In this document: in pieces, positions 36,998-51,524 of the stretch
Position numbering within the stretch: position 1 is the first letter of the stretch
Layout: each line of letters starts with the position of its first letter
Assembly (NCBI GenBank): GCA_947169055.1
Contig: CAMVOF010000001.1
Span: forward strand, 1-58,397
Direction: 5' to 3'
Length of the DNA: 58,397 bases
DNA from: an uncultured Clostridia bacterium
GTDB taxonomy: Bacteria; Bacillota; Clostridia; Oscillospirales; Ruminococcaceae
The notes under the pieces: model-generated
The model's database searches: none
The model's input: the letters and a program-made list of their open reading frames with translations, nothing else
What the model was told of the DNA's origin: nothing
Made by a program: the position numbers and the translations under genes

Positions 36998-39349
36998 TTA
37001 TTCGCAGATGAGCTCCGTTGTCTGGACGCTCCTGATGCTTGAAGAAACCATATACGAGAACCCTGCAAAGCAGGCGCAGATTATCCCTGCCGGCAGCAGG
37101 ATATCAAAGGCCGTCAGAGATACCGAGAAGTCCGTCATTCCCGTTATCCGCATGAGGGTCGAGAGCAGGCTTTTGGTGAAGCACAGCGAAAGCACGAGCC
37201 CTGCCGCGCATCCCACAGCACCGATGATAAAGAACCTCAGTGAGAACATGGACCGCAGCTTGCCGGTGGTGAAGCCCGTCGCCTTGAAGATGCCTATGTC
37301 CGTTCTTTCTCGCAGGAAGGTTATCCTGCATATCATGCTCACCGCAACCAGAAGGAAGACGGAGGAAACGCCTGCCACGACGAGAATTATTATCAGCAGG
37401 AAGGCATCTATAAGATCGTAGAGATTGGAATTGGATTCCATGGAATCGTCGGGCTTGGTGAAGAGGATGCTGCCGAACTCGTCGTTCAGTATCTTGCTGA
37501 CCTCATTTGCCCGGCTGTTGTCCGAGAGGAAGATGTTTGCAAGGAAGGGCTTCATGCCGATGCGCTTTCCTCCGTCAAGGGTCATGGTGAAGGTCCTTCC
37601 TGCCTGGCTTGTGGTCTGATAGATGCCGACGATCATATATTCGGCTTCCTTGCCTTCATTAGAGACCGTGACGCTGTCGCCGATGCCCTTGCCCGTTTCC
37701 TCCGAGAATATCCTTGTAACGATGATCTCGTTGTCGAACTCGCAGAGCTTGCCTTCGATAGGATCGAAATATTTATCTATGCCGTCAGTTGCCGTTACTC
37801 CGAAAAGTATATCGTCCGCTAAGATATTGTCGATGTAGGAGACAAAATAGACCTCCGAGTCTTCGTCAAACTCCCTGAGCCTGTCTGACACCCGCTGCAT
37901 ATCCTTCTCCTCGAATTCGTTGAAGAGCTTCGCATAGGCGGCAGTGTTCACTTCGCCGAATATCTCTCTGAAATCCAGCCCCCTGCAAAGGTTGAACACC
38001 GTCGTCATAAAGAACATCAGGATAACGCAGATCACGAAAATAAATATATAGTGCCGCACTCCCGAGGTCAGCTGCCTCAGGGATATGGACAGCGAAAGCG
38101 TCTTCTGCCTGATGGGCGCATTGAGCCTGCCTGTGAAGTGTATGTCTCTGTGTGCGTTGTTGAGAGCATTCACAGGGGAAAGCTTCCCGAGCTTGCGCGT
38201 CGAGAAGAGGATTATCAGTGTAAACACCGCTATCATGGCAACGGCTATGAGCCCGCAGCTGAGGAAATCTATGCTGCAGTCGGTGTGGATGCCCGTTACA
38301 GTCCTGAACATACTGCCCAGCACCTTCAGCAGCGGAACAGAGGCTATGAGCCCGATGACCGTTCCGATGACCAAGGCTATAAGATACTGCATAAGATATG
38401 CGGCTCTTATCTGCCACACCGTGAAGCCCTGGGATTTGAGTATCCCAAGATCCACATACTGCATCTCGATAGTGGAGTTTATGCTGTTGAGCATCATCAG
38501 CACGACCACCACCGCCAGCAGCCCCACGAAGATGTAGAGTAGGCTCGTGCCTGTGTCGGCGTAAAGCTCGGTGTAGCTTGCAAGTTCGGCCCTTGTTACG
38601 TAGAGCATCGACTCGTCAACAAGTCCGCATTCGTCGTTGAGCTGTTTGACCAGCTTGTAGCTGCCGATATCGCCGTCCGAGAAGATATGCAGCATCTGCG
38701 TTTTATAGACGTAATTGCTGTTGACCTCTCCGTTTTCTATCCCTGCCGCAATACGGTCGTAATCCTCGGCGCTAACGAAGAATATCTCGTAAGCCACAAG
38801 ACTCGTTCCGTAGAGGGGTTCTTCGGTGAAGCCCTTTATCGTGAATTTTTCTTTTGTTGTCGGCGATGTCTGTATCTCCAGGACGTCACCCTTTTTGAGC
38901 TTCTCCACCTTGCTAAGGGAGTAGGAAACATATACCTCTCCTGCCCCAAGCTTCGGAGCCTTGTCAACAAAGCCCGTCTCGTCATCGTTGAAGAGCTTTA
39001 TCTCATCTTTTTCCTTGACGAGCCTTGTGTCCTGCTCCTTGCTCTTGCCGTTGAGGTAATAATCCATCCCCACATAGAGCATGGGATCAACTCTCCAGGA
39101 CGTAACGTGTTCGTTGGCTTCAAGACCGTCTTTTATCTTGTCGGAGAGCTTGCCTTCCTTGTAGGTCATAACAATATCTCCCACGCCGTAATGGTCGAGG
39201 GATTCGTTCAGGGCTCTGTCAAGATTTTTCGAGTTGCTGACCGAGCCGGAATAGGAAAAAACGATTATGGCCATAAGGGCGATTATGCCCTTGAAGGCTC
39301 CGGCCTTGTGCTTTATGTTGTTTTTCAAGAGGTGCAAAACCGATCTCAT
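36998..39349 (-). CDS. ABC exporter permease (FtsX/MacB-like, two FtsX domains)
   Basis: LGILKSQGFT and IGIFKATGFT motifs, multiple TM segments. Confidence 0.92.
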   Translation of the reverse strand: MRSVLHLLKNNIKHKAGAFKGIIALMAIIVFSYSGSVSNSKNLDRALNESLDHYGVGDIVMTYKEGKLSDKIKDGLEANEHVTSWRVDPMLYVGMDYYLNGKSKEQDTRLVKEKDEIKLFNDDETGFVDKAPKLGAGEVYVSYSLSKVEKLKKGDVLEIQTSPTTKEKFTIKGFTEEPLYGTSLVAYEIFFVSAEDYDRIAAGIENGEVNSNYVYKTQMLHIFSDGDIGSYKLVKQLNDECGLVDESMLYVTRAELASYTELYADTGTSLLYIFVGLLAVVVVLMMLNSINSTIEMQYVDLGILKSQGFTVWQIRAAYLMQYLIALVIGTVIGLIASVPLLKVLGSMFRTVTGIHTDCSIDFLSCGLIAVAMIAVFTLIILFSTRKLGKLSPVNALNNAHRDIHFTGRLNAPIRQKTLSLSISLRQLTSGVRHYIFIFVICVILMFFMTTVFNLCRGLDFREIFGEVNTAAYAKLFNEFEEKDMQRVSDRLREFDEDSEVYFVSYIDNILADDILFGVTATDGIDKYFDPIEGKLCEFDNEIIVTRIFSEETGKGIGDSVTVSNEGKEAEYMIVGIYQTTSQAGRTFTMTLDGGKRIGMKPFLANIFLSDNSRANEVSKILNDEFGSILFTKPDDSMESNSNLYDLIDAFLLIIILVVAGVSSVFLLVAVSMICRITFLRERTDIGIFKATGFTTGKLRSMFSLRFFIIGAVGCAAGLVLSLCFTKSLLSTLMRITGMTDFSVSLTAFDILLPAGIICACFAGFSYMVSSSIRSVQTTELICE

Positions 39350-39362
39350 ACAGCTGCCTCCT

Positions 39363-40124
39363 TTACCAGTGCATGGAGGTCAGCCACGAGTTCACCTGTG
39401 CCTCACGGCTTTGCGCGTTCTCGGCTTCAAAGGGCGGCAGGGTCAGCTCTCCGCTTATAGTTCCGTCCTCGATGTATATTATCCTTGTCCCCCGGACAGC
39501 AGCCCTTATGTCGTGGGTCACCATAAACACCGACTGCCCCTCCTTGTTGAGGTTCGTCAGCAGGTCGAGGACTTCCGTTGTGCTCCTTCTGTTGAGAGCG
39601 CCTGTGGGCTCGTCTGCGAACAGCACCGAAGGCTTGCTTATAACAGCCCTGATGATCGCGCATCTCTGCTGTTCACCTCCCGAGCACTGAGAGGGCAGGT
39701 GAGTCTTTATCTCCTCGATGCCCATGGCCTTGAAGAGCTCCAGCGCTTTTTTGTCCGTCTCCTGTGCCGGAACGCTTTTGTCGAGGTAAGCCGGCACCAC
39801 AACGTTCTCAAACATTGTCATGTTGCTAACAAGGTGCATCTTCTGGAACACAAAGCCGAAGTCCTTCCTCCGAAGCAGAGTCAGCTCCTTTTCGCTGAGC
39901 TTAACAAGGTCTCTGCCGCCGTAGATGACTTCTCCCGATGTGGCTCTGTCCATTCCGCTCAAAGCATAGAGCAGAGTGGATTTTCCCGAGCCCGAAGCTC
40001 CCATAACAACTGTGAAATCCTCTTTGAAAATCTCAAGATCAATGCCGGTCAGAACGTGGTTCTGCACTCCGTCGGCTGCAAAGGACTTGCAGAGCTTTTT
40101 CGCTGTGAGTATCGCTTCCTTCAT
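39363..40124 (-). CDS. ABC transporter ATP-binding protein (LolD/MacB-like)
   Basis: GASGSGKS, SGGEQQR, LFADEPTG, VTHD; start MKEAIL. Confidence 0.95.
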   Translation of the reverse strand: MKEAILTAKKLCKSFAADGVQNHVLTGIDLEIFKEDFTVVMGASGSGKSTLLYALSGMDRATSGEVIYGGRDLVKLSEKELTLLRRKDFGFVFQKMHLVSNMTMFENVVVPAYLDKSVPAQETDKKALELFKAMGIEEIKTHLPSQCSGGEQQRCAIIRAVISKPSVLFADEPTGALNRRSTTEVLDLLTNLNKEGQSVFMVTHDIRAAVRGTRIIYIEDGTISGELTLPPFEAENAQSREAQVNSWLTSMHW

Positions 40125-40187
40125 AGGTATGCCCCTTTCGATCATTCTCGTTGTACCAATCATATCACACCTAAGATTAAGAAGTCC

Positions 40188-41330
40188 TTAAGAAAAAGAT
40201 CTGTCTTCCGGTAATATCAATTTTATCTCCAGCCCGTCTCCTGTATTCGCAGCCGTGATCTCACCGTCCGACTGTTCGGCGATATACTTTACTATATACA
40301 GCCCGAGGCCCGAGCCGCTCACGTCTTTTGAGTTGCCGCCACGGTAGAATTTGTCGAAAACAAAGGGCAGGTCCTTGTCGGGGATGCCTCCGCCGTGATC
40401 CCTGAAGCTCACGTTGAAATATCCCTTATCCTTTTCGATCGTTATCTCCATTCTGCCCCCTGCGTATTTCTGTGCGTTGCCGATAAGATTCCCAATAAGC
40501 TGTGCCAGCCTGTTCCTGTCGGCATAAACATTGACGGGGAACAAGGGCTTCTCAAAAACGACATCCGCCGCCGCCGATTCATGCACCGTCTTTTCGATAA
40601 GCTCCGAAAGCTCAAGGCTCTCCGGCTGCATCTTCAAAGCTCCCAGCTCGCTTATGGAGTGGGTCATCATGTCGTTGGTCAGCCTTGCAACTTCATCGCA
40701 CTTGCGGTTTATCACCTCAAGATAGGAATACATCTCCTCGGTGTCGGAATAAAGCCCGTTCACCAGCGCCTCGGAATAAGCCGTGATAGACGCAAGGGGA
40801 GTTTTCAGGTCGTGGGAAAGGGAAGCGATGACTGTCTTGTTGTTGTTTATGGCTTCGCGCTCGCAGCTCCGGGCCTTGACTATCTCACGCCTCATGTTGT
40901 CGAAGGCCCAGGTGAATTTTCCGAAGTAATTCCCTCTCTCCTGTCCGAGGGGAGTGTCAAGATCTCCTGCCGCAAGCCTGTCGGCATAGCCCTCGAGCCT
41001 GTGGAAGGGCTTTATCATACTAAGCCACACATAGGCGACGCAGCCGTTTATCAACAGCACAGCCACCCCGCAAATCACCCACAGCTTCGGGTCGCCCTCC
41101 TGCTTGCTGTTCTTCGAGGCAAGCTGTGCGTCCTCTTTCAGCTGTTCTGCTTTTTCGGCGGCAGCTTCCGTCTCTCCTGCGACGATAAGATTTTCGACCT
41201 CGTTGGCTTTCACTGAGAGTTTCGGGATGTCCTCGTTGCTGCTGCGGCTGTTGAGAAACAGCATCAGTGTGCAGAGTATCACGATAAGAGAAAGCACAGC
41301 CCCGGCGGCGAACGGCTTGTATCTCATCAT
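40188..41330 (-). CDS. HAMP-containing sensor histidine kinase
   Basis: SHDLKTPL, NLIGNA.KY, DHGGGI, GSGLGL; start overlaps the response-regulator stop. Confidence 0.93.
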   Translation of the reverse strand: MMRYKPFAAGAVLSLIVILCTLMLFLNSRSSNEDIPKLSVKANEVENLIVAGETEAAAEKAEQLKEDAQLASKNSKQEGDPKLWVICGVAVLLINGCVAYVWLSMIKPFHRLEGYADRLAAGDLDTPLGQERGNYFGKFTWAFDNMRREIVKARSCEREAINNNKTVIASLSHDLKTPLASITAYSEALVNGLYSDTEEMYSYLEVINRKCDEVARLTNDMMTHSISELGALKMQPESLELSELIEKTVHESAAADVVFEKPLFPVNVYADRNRLAQLIGNLIGNAQKYAGGRMEITIEKDKGYFNVSFRDHGGGIPDKDLPFVFDKFYRGGNSKDVSGSGLGLYIVKYIAEQSDGEITAANTGDGLEIKLILPEDRSFS

Positions 41331-42031
41331 CCCTTCACCTCCAGCATATACCCGACTTTTCGCACGGTCTTTATGTATTTCGGGTCGGCAGGGTCGTCCT
41401 CGAGCTTCTCCCTGAGCCAGCGGATATGCACAGCAAGAGTCGAAGGCTCGACCTCTGTGAAAGCACCCCATACCTCACTGAATATCTTCTCCTTTGGCAC
41501 AGGGGTGTTCGGATGCTCGCAGAGATAGGAGAGCAGATCAAACTCCCTCAGAGAAAGGGACACCTGCCTGCCGTTCTTCTCAACTGTCCTCGACGTTATG
41601 TTCACGGCTGTGTCCCCGAAGCAAACGAGCTTTTCTTCTGCGTTGTTTTTGAATGTCCTCCGCAGCAGAGCATTCACCCTGACCAGCAGCTCCCTCATGG
41701 AGTAGGGCTTCGGCAGATAGTCGTCTCCGCCGATCTCAAAGCCCGTCACCCTGTCGTCCTCGGCTGTCCTTGCACTGGCAAAGATCACCGGCACATCGCA
41801 GGCTCTCCGCAGTTCTCGGCAGATATCAAAGCCTGTGCCGTCGGGAAGATTTACGTCCAGCAGCACAAGATCGAAGCGGTTCCCGGTCAGAAGCTCGAAA
41901 GCCTCGTCGCAGCTGTGGGTTACGCTGACATTGTATGAATAGTTCTCCAGCATCTTCTTTATAATAAAGGAAAGCTCCCTGTCGTCATCAACTATAAGTA
42001 TCCTTGCGCGGAGATCGGAATGATTAGCCAT
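41327..42031 (-). CDS. OmpR-family response regulator
   Basis: ILIVDDD, LLDVNLP, DYLPKPY, VHIRWLREKLE, TVRKVGY. Confidence 0.95.
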   Translation of the reverse strand: MANHSDLRARILIVDDDRELSFIIKKMLENYSYNVSVTHSCDEAFELLTGNRFDLVLLDVNLPDGTGFDICRELRRACDVPVIFASARTAEDDRVTGFEIGGDDYLPKPYSMRELLVRVNALLRRTFKNNAEEKLVCFGDTAVNITSRTVEKNGRQVSLSLREFDLLSYLCEHPNTPVPKEKIFSEVWGAFTEVEPSTLAVHIRWLREKLEDDPADPKYIKTVRKVGYMLEVKG

Positions 42032-42098
42032 TGTGTCCACCTCTCGGTCATGTCATTTTGTTATATTTTATCATATGTCTCTTGGAATTGCAACACCG

Positions 42099-42905
42099 TC
42101 AGATGCTCCTGAACTGCGTGGGGGTCATGCCCTCGTAGCGGCTGAACAGCTTGCAGAAATAGCTGCAGCTGCAAAAGCCCACGGTCTCTGAGATCTCCTC
42201 AACTGACATTCCCGTGGAGGACAGCAGCTCCTTTGCAGCCTGTATCCTTCTCTTGGCGATGTATTCCATGGGTCTGGAATTGAGATAGCGCTTGAAAAGC
42301 CTGCAAAGCTGCTGCTTGGAAAGCCCCGTCACGTCACAGAGCTCTGCCATGGTTATCTTCTCTTTGTACCGTCCGTTGATGTGGTCTATGGCCGCGACTA
42401 TTGCCCTGTTGGATGTCCTGACGACTCTGTCCGAGTTCTTCTGGCGGTAAAGCTCGATGAGAAAATTATATAAATAGCCTGAGGCTCTCATGTTGCCGTT
42501 TATGCTGTCTCCGCATATTGACTCGTGCATCCGCGAAAAGAAATGCTCCAGGAGAGCCGTGTCCTTTATCCCAAAGACCAAAGGCCTGTCCAGCCCGAAA
42601 TAGGAAAGCAGCCCTGCACAGGCATATCCGTCCGGCACCACCCAGTGAATGTTCCAGTCGCCGCTGGTGGGATAGTATTCGTGGGGATGTCCGGCAGGCA
42701 GGAAGATCGCTGTTTTCGGCGGTATCTCGATACTCTCGCCGTCAACTTTAAGTACTCCGCTGCCCGTGGTGCAGTAGAGTATCTGAGGGTGTGTGAACCC
42801 GCTGCTGCGAACCGTTCTCGGCTGGCAGGTGTGCCTTCCGATGTTGTCGGGGAAGAGCGGCAGCCCGAGCTCCTTGTTCTTTATCGGATAATCACTGAAA
42901 TACAT
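42099..42905 (-). CDS. AraC-family regulator, divergent from the GH29-GH2 operon
   Basis: Cupin N-terminus; LCRLFK...AKELL...ISETVGF.S.SYF.KLF....GMTP..FR. Confidence 0.93.
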   Translation of the reverse strand: MYFSDYPIKNKELGLPLFPDNIGRHTCQPRTVRSSGFTHPQILYCTTGSGVLKVDGESIEIPPKTAIFLPAGHPHEYYPTSGDWNIHWVVPDGYACAGLLSYFGLDRPLVFGIKDTALLEHFFSRMHESICGDSINGNMRASGYLYNFLIELYRQKNSDRVVRTSNRAIVAAIDHINGRYKEKITMAELCDVTGLSKQQLCRLFKRYLNSRPMEYIAKRRIQAAKELLSSTGMSVEEISETVGFCSCSYFCKLFSRYEGMTPTQFRSI

Positions 42906-43029
42906 CCTTCGTCACCTCACAAATCGGATGATACTATTGTTATATTACTATACTATCATCTATTGACTGTTCTGTCAAGATTGCTATAATAATATCAAGG
43001 CAGTAAATGTTCAGACCCGGAGGGATAAT

Positions 43030-47453
<4,424 letters not shown>

Positions 47454-47532
47454 AAACACAAACAAGAGTTTAAGAATGACATTCAATACCGAATAAAGCG
47501 TCCGTGCAAGAGTACGGACGCTTTTTCGCATA

Positions 47533-47572
47533 CAAAAAACATCCCCGGAAAGCACGGAGCCTTCCGGGGAAG
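47533..47572 (-). terminator. Terminator of the HD-GYP gene
   Basis: TCCCCGGAA...TTCCGGGGA with adjacent A tract on the plus strand. Confidence 0.65.
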
Positions 47573-47578
47573 ATCACT

Positions 47579-49159
47579 TTATTCGTGGAGCATATATTCC
47601 TTGTCTCTGTCCATTATTTTAAGCATTGCCCTTGCAGGTGCTTCATCGAACTGTGTGCCGATGTTCTTTTCTATCTCCTCACGCACCACGTTCTGCGGGA
47701 GATAATCACGGTAGCTGCGGTTGGAGGTCATGGTGTCGTAGCTGTCCGCCACGGAGATTATCCTTGCCATAAAGGGGATATCCTCGCCCTTCAAGCCGTC
47801 GGGATAACCCCTGCCGTCGATACGCTCGTGGTGGTATCTTGCTCCTATGGAAAGCTCCGGCATACTCTTTATCTCCGAGAGTATCTCGTATCCGTAGACC
47901 GGGTGCATCTTGATAGTCTCGTACTCCTCGTCGGTGAGGCGGGAAGTCTTGTTTATTATCGCACCGGGAATACCTATCTTTCCTATGTCGTGGAGAAGTC
48001 CCATATAGTAGATGTCCTCCTGCTCCTGAGAAGAAAGACCCAGCTCCTTTGCCAGCATCCTTGAATACATGGCTACACGGAAGGAGTGACCGTTGGTGTA
48101 TCTGTCCTTGGCATCTATGGTGTGCGCCAAGGCTTCCATAACCTCAACGCTGAGCTTTTTGATATGTTCCGTATATTTGTCGATCTCCCGGACAAGAGCC
48201 GTCACATCATCTGAAAGAACTCCGATCTCGTTTTTGGTCTTTATGTTTTTCAGATGCTCCTGTGCAGCCTCGCTGTCCTTGTTGTTCATGTAATCCTTTA
48301 ATGTCAGCTGAACGCTGGACAGCGGCTTGATAACGACCTTCCTCAGGAACAGCATGATAAGAACACAGGTCAGCAGCATTGCCCCGAGAAGCACCAGAAC
48401 AAGGGTCCTAACCTTGCTCAGCAGCTGATCGCGGAAGGATGTCCAGTCGTAGCTGATACATATAGCCGCATCACCGTTCCCGATGGGAAGATATCCGATA
48501 TAGCTGGTAGCATCTTTATCGGGCTCTATGGAAGCGACCTCGAACTGTATCTCTCTGCTGCCGGAACGCAGATTTTCTATGGCAGGGTGGTCGTCTTCGC
48601 TGTAATCCCACTTCATCCCGGAACGGGTGCCCAGAAACATGGCGTCGTTTATATAATCCGTTCTGGCGGTGTCACAGTAAACGAAGCCGCAGTTTTCCTC
48701 GCTGATATCTATGCAGTAGAGCTTTTCGTAATCGGAGTCCAGCAAGGTGCTGTTGAGGCAGTTGCCTAATATGAGATATTCTCTCTTGGCAAAGGCCGTC
48801 CAGAGAGAGGGGTCGAGGTTATTGAGCGCTTCCTCACGGGTCTTGACGTCGGCTCCGTAGAGGCCGTGTTTTTCGAAATAATCCTCAACGATCTGCTCTT
48901 CCTCCTCGGTGGAGTAGCTGAGGTAATCGCTGTGGTTGAGGCAGTAGCGTAAAAGCCAGTTGATGCATACGTTTTCATTTATCTTCCTGCCCAGATCGTT
49001 GAGGTCGTAGGAGATCATATCGTCCTTGGCCCTGAGGTACATATCTCTGCTGCCATTGAAGAGAATAACAGCACCGACAGCCGTTCCTATTATGAACAGG
49101 ATCACTGTCATCGTTATGAGCTGCAGAGACAGCTTGTGAGTCCTTTTATCCTTTTTCAT
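47579..49159 (-). CDS. Membrane-bound HAMP + HD-GYP phosphodiesterase
   Basis: Two TM segments; DAKDRYTNGHS.RVA, LLHDIGK, HHERIDGRGYP, VADSYD. Confidence 0.92.
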   Translation of the reverse strand: MKKDKRTHKLSLQLITMTVILFIIGTAVGAVILFNGSRDMYLRAKDDMISYDLNDLGRKINENVCINWLLRYCLNHSDYLSYSTEEEEQIVEDYFEKHGLYGADVKTREEALNNLDPSLWTAFAKREYLILGNCLNSTLLDSDYEKLYCIDISEENCGFVYCDTARTDYINDAMFLGTRSGMKWDYSEDDHPAIENLRSGSREIQFEVASIEPDKDATSYIGYLPIGNGDAAICISYDWTSFRDQLLSKVRTLVLVLLGAMLLTCVLIMLFLRKVVIKPLSSVQLTLKDYMNNKDSEAAQEHLKNIKTKNEIGVLSDDVTALVREIDKYTEHIKKLSVEVMEALAHTIDAKDRYTNGHSFRVAMYSRMLAKELGLSSQEQEDIYYMGLLHDIGKIGIPGAIINKTSRLTDEEYETIKMHPVYGYEILSEIKSMPELSIGARYHHERIDGRGYPDGLKGEDIPFMARIISVADSYDTMTSNRSYRDYLPQNVVREEIEKNIGTQFDEAPARAMLKIMDRDKEYMLHE

Positions 49160-49381
49160 CAAATTTCCCCTTTCAAAGTCTTCCCTGATCTTTCCTTTTT
49201 TTCTTTGCAATTCTATTATATCATAAAGCCGGGCTTTGTCAATTATCATTATTTACAAAACAGAAAAATGCTTCTCTTTAAGACAGCGGTTCCGACCTTG
49301 ACTTTTTTCAAGTATTATGCTATACTGCATAATACGAAATATAACTGCATAACTATTTAAAGTATTAGTGGGAGTCATCTG

Positions 49382-50377
49382 ATGAACGACAACAACGAAC
49401 GCTCTTCCGGCCGCGGACTGTTGGCCTTTATAAAAAACAATCCCCGGACAGCCAAGCTCCTGCTTGCGGCGGAGATCGTTCTTATAGTGTGTGTCATGGT
49501 CTTTTTCGGCAGATCAATGAGTTCGCCGAAAACAGATGACAGCTCCGCCGAGACCGGCGACAGCTCCGAAGAAAGCATCGTATCGGAGCCTGCTGCCGAA
49601 AGCATCGTCCCGGCGGAAACGGATCATGTCAATGAACTTAAAGACCTCAAAAAGACCCTTGAAGACAAGTTTGAAAGCTTTGACGGCACATGGTCCTGCT
49701 ATCTTAAAAATCTCAACACGGGAGACTGGTTCGAGATCAACAACCACCCGGTATATCCTGCAAGCATGATAAAGCTCTTTGCCCTTGCTGCCTGCTACCA
49801 GCAGATAGAAGACGGCAAGATCCAGGAATCAGATGTCTATTCCACCCTTTACAGCATGGCTGCCATAAGCAACAATCAGGCCTTCAATATGATCGTCTGG
49901 AAGATAGGCAAGACTTATATCAACGAATGGTGTCAGGCGCACGGCTATACAGGCACAGGGCAGTACCACGGCTTGCAGCCCTCAACGAACTACGAAGGCC
50001 TTACTACAGCCGACCGTGACAACGTGACCTGCTGCGTGGATGTGGGTCATATACTCGAGAGCATCTACCGGGGAGAATGCGTGTCCGAATATGCTTCGCA
50101 GCAGATGCTGAATATCCTCTTTGAACAGAAATACCGGGGCAAGCTGCCCTCTGCCTTGCCCTACGGAGCAAGAGCCGCAAACAAGACCGGCGATACATAC
50201 AATGTCTCTCACGACGCAGCGATAATCTACTCCGACGGTGCCGATTATGTGCTGGTGGTAATGGAGGAGATACCCGACGTGGCGTTCGAGCAGCACTTCA
50301 GATTTTTCGATATCTCCAAAACGGTATATGCCTATTTCAACCCCGGCGCATACGACGAATACGAACAGGATCAATAA
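49382..50377 (+). CDS. Membrane-anchored serine hydrolase, class A beta-lactamase/PBP-like fold
   Basis: ASMIK (SxxK), SNN (SxN), NKTG, HDAAII; N-terminal TM. Confidence 0.85.
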   Translation: MNDNNERSSGRGLLAFIKNNPRTAKLLLAAEIVLIVCVMVFFGRSMSSPKTDDSSAETGDSSEESIVSEPAAESIVPAETDHVNELKDLKKTLEDKFESFDGTWSCYLKNLNTGDWFEINNHPVYPASMIKLFALAACYQQIEDGKIQESDVYSTLYSMAAISNNQAFNMIVWKIGKTYINEWCQAHGYTGTGQYHGLQPSTNYEGLTTADRDNVTCCVDVGHILESIYRGECVSEYASQQMLNILFEQKYRGKLPSALPYGARAANKTGDTYNVSHDAAIIYSDGADYVLVVMEEIPDVAFEQHFRFFDISKTVYAYFNPGAYDEYEQDQ

Positions 50378-50533
50378 ATAAAGAGGCTGTTGCACAAACA
50401 GCTTCTTTTTTTAAAGGAAATTGTCTGCTTGCAGCAGCCCCTTGCTTTTTTTGCGCCGATATGATATAATGATGCCGAAATATCTCTGTGTGAGCGCAGA
50501 GAAAAATTGAGCTTTCGCAAGGAGGAAAGAAAA

Positions 50534-51463
50534 ATGAAAAACATCAGTATCGCAAAGGGCCCGCAGAATGTTTCGGCTATCGTGCAGGGCTGTATGAGAA
50601 TGCCCTCCCTCTCGAAGGAGGAGGCTGCAAAAGTCATCCGCACAGCCTTTGACTGCGGCATTGATTTCTTCGACCACGCCACCTGCTACGGCAAGGACGG
50701 AGAAGCCGAGACCCGTTTCGGCGAGGCATTCCCTCTCACCGGCATCAGGCGCGAGGATATCATCATCCAGAGCAAGTGCGGCCTCTGCTTCGACAGAAAC
50801 GAGTTCGACTGGACAAAGGAGAACATCCTTTCAAGCGTTGACGGCAGCCTCCGCAGGCTCAAAGTCGATCATCTCGATGCTCTGCTGCTCCACAGACCCG
50901 ACGTCCTCTTCGACCCCGAGGAAGTGGCGGAAGCCTTCGACGAGCTTGAAAAAGCAGGGAAGGTCATTTCCTTCGGCGTCAGCAATCTTATGCCACTGCA
51001 GATCGAGCTGCTCAAAAAATACGTCAGGCAGCCCCTCGTCATCAATCAGGTGCAGCTCTCCCTCGAGCAGTCGCAGCTCATAGACCAGGCCCTTTATATG
51101 AACAATAAGACCACCGACTTCTCAATAAACCGCGATGGTGGAGTCCTCGACTACTGCCGCCTGAACGACATCACCATACAGGCTTGGTCACCGCTGCAAA
51201 AGGGTATGTTCGGCGGGACCTTCATCGACGACCCCGAATTTCCCCAGCTCAATAACGCCCTTGCAGAGATCGCAGAACGGGAAGGCGTCTCCAAGGCAGC
51301 AGTCGCTATCGCATGGATACTCCGCCACCCTGCGAAGATGCAGGCGATAATCGGCACCATGGACCCCGAACATATCAAGGATATATGTGCCGCAGCTGAT
51401 GTGAAGCTCTCTCACCACGACTGGTACGTCCTCTACCTCGCAGCAGGCAAATTCCTGCCGTAA
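50534..51463 (+). CDS. Aldo/keto reductase
   Basis: GCMR, FFDHA..YG, QSKCG, LLLHRPD, FGVSN, QAWSP. Confidence 0.93.
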   Translation: MKNISIAKGPQNVSAIVQGCMRMPSLSKEEAAKVIRTAFDCGIDFFDHATCYGKDGEAETRFGEAFPLTGIRREDIIIQSKCGLCFDRNEFDWTKENILSSVDGSLRRLKVDHLDALLLHRPDVLFDPEEVAEAFDELEKAGKVISFGVSNLMPLQIELLKKYVRQPLVINQVQLSLEQSQLIDQALYMNNKTTDFSINRDGGVLDYCRLNDITIQAWSPLQKGMFGGTFIDDPEFPQLNNALAEIAEREGVSKAAVAIAWILRHPAKMQAIIGTMDPEHIKDICAAADVKLSHHDWYVLYLAAGKFLP

Positions 51464-51478
51464 AAACTGAATAAAGCG

Positions 51479-51512
51479 AACAGCGAGCCATCAGATCAGG
51501 CTCGCTGTTTTT
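51479..51512. terminator. Terminator between convergent genes
   Basis: AACAGCGAGCC...GGCTCGCTGTTTT. Confidence 0.75.
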
Positions 51513-51524
51513 GCGTTATGCGGT

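Noticed and set aside
36998-42031. Bacteriocin/RiPP cluster around the two-component system and ABC exporter
   Set aside because: No precursor peptide or modifying enzyme nearby; ordinary TCS-ABC module
49382-50377. Antibiotic-resistance beta-lactamase
   Set aside because: SxxK/SxN/KTG are shared with cell-wall peptidases; the membrane anchor and host-like context favour a PBP-like hydrolase; resistance cannot be claimed from sequence
50381-50452. MITE or IS end (GAGGCTGTTGCA...TGCAGCAGCCCC)
   Set aside because: Single copy with no transposase or target duplication; adequately explained as the terminator of the upstream gene
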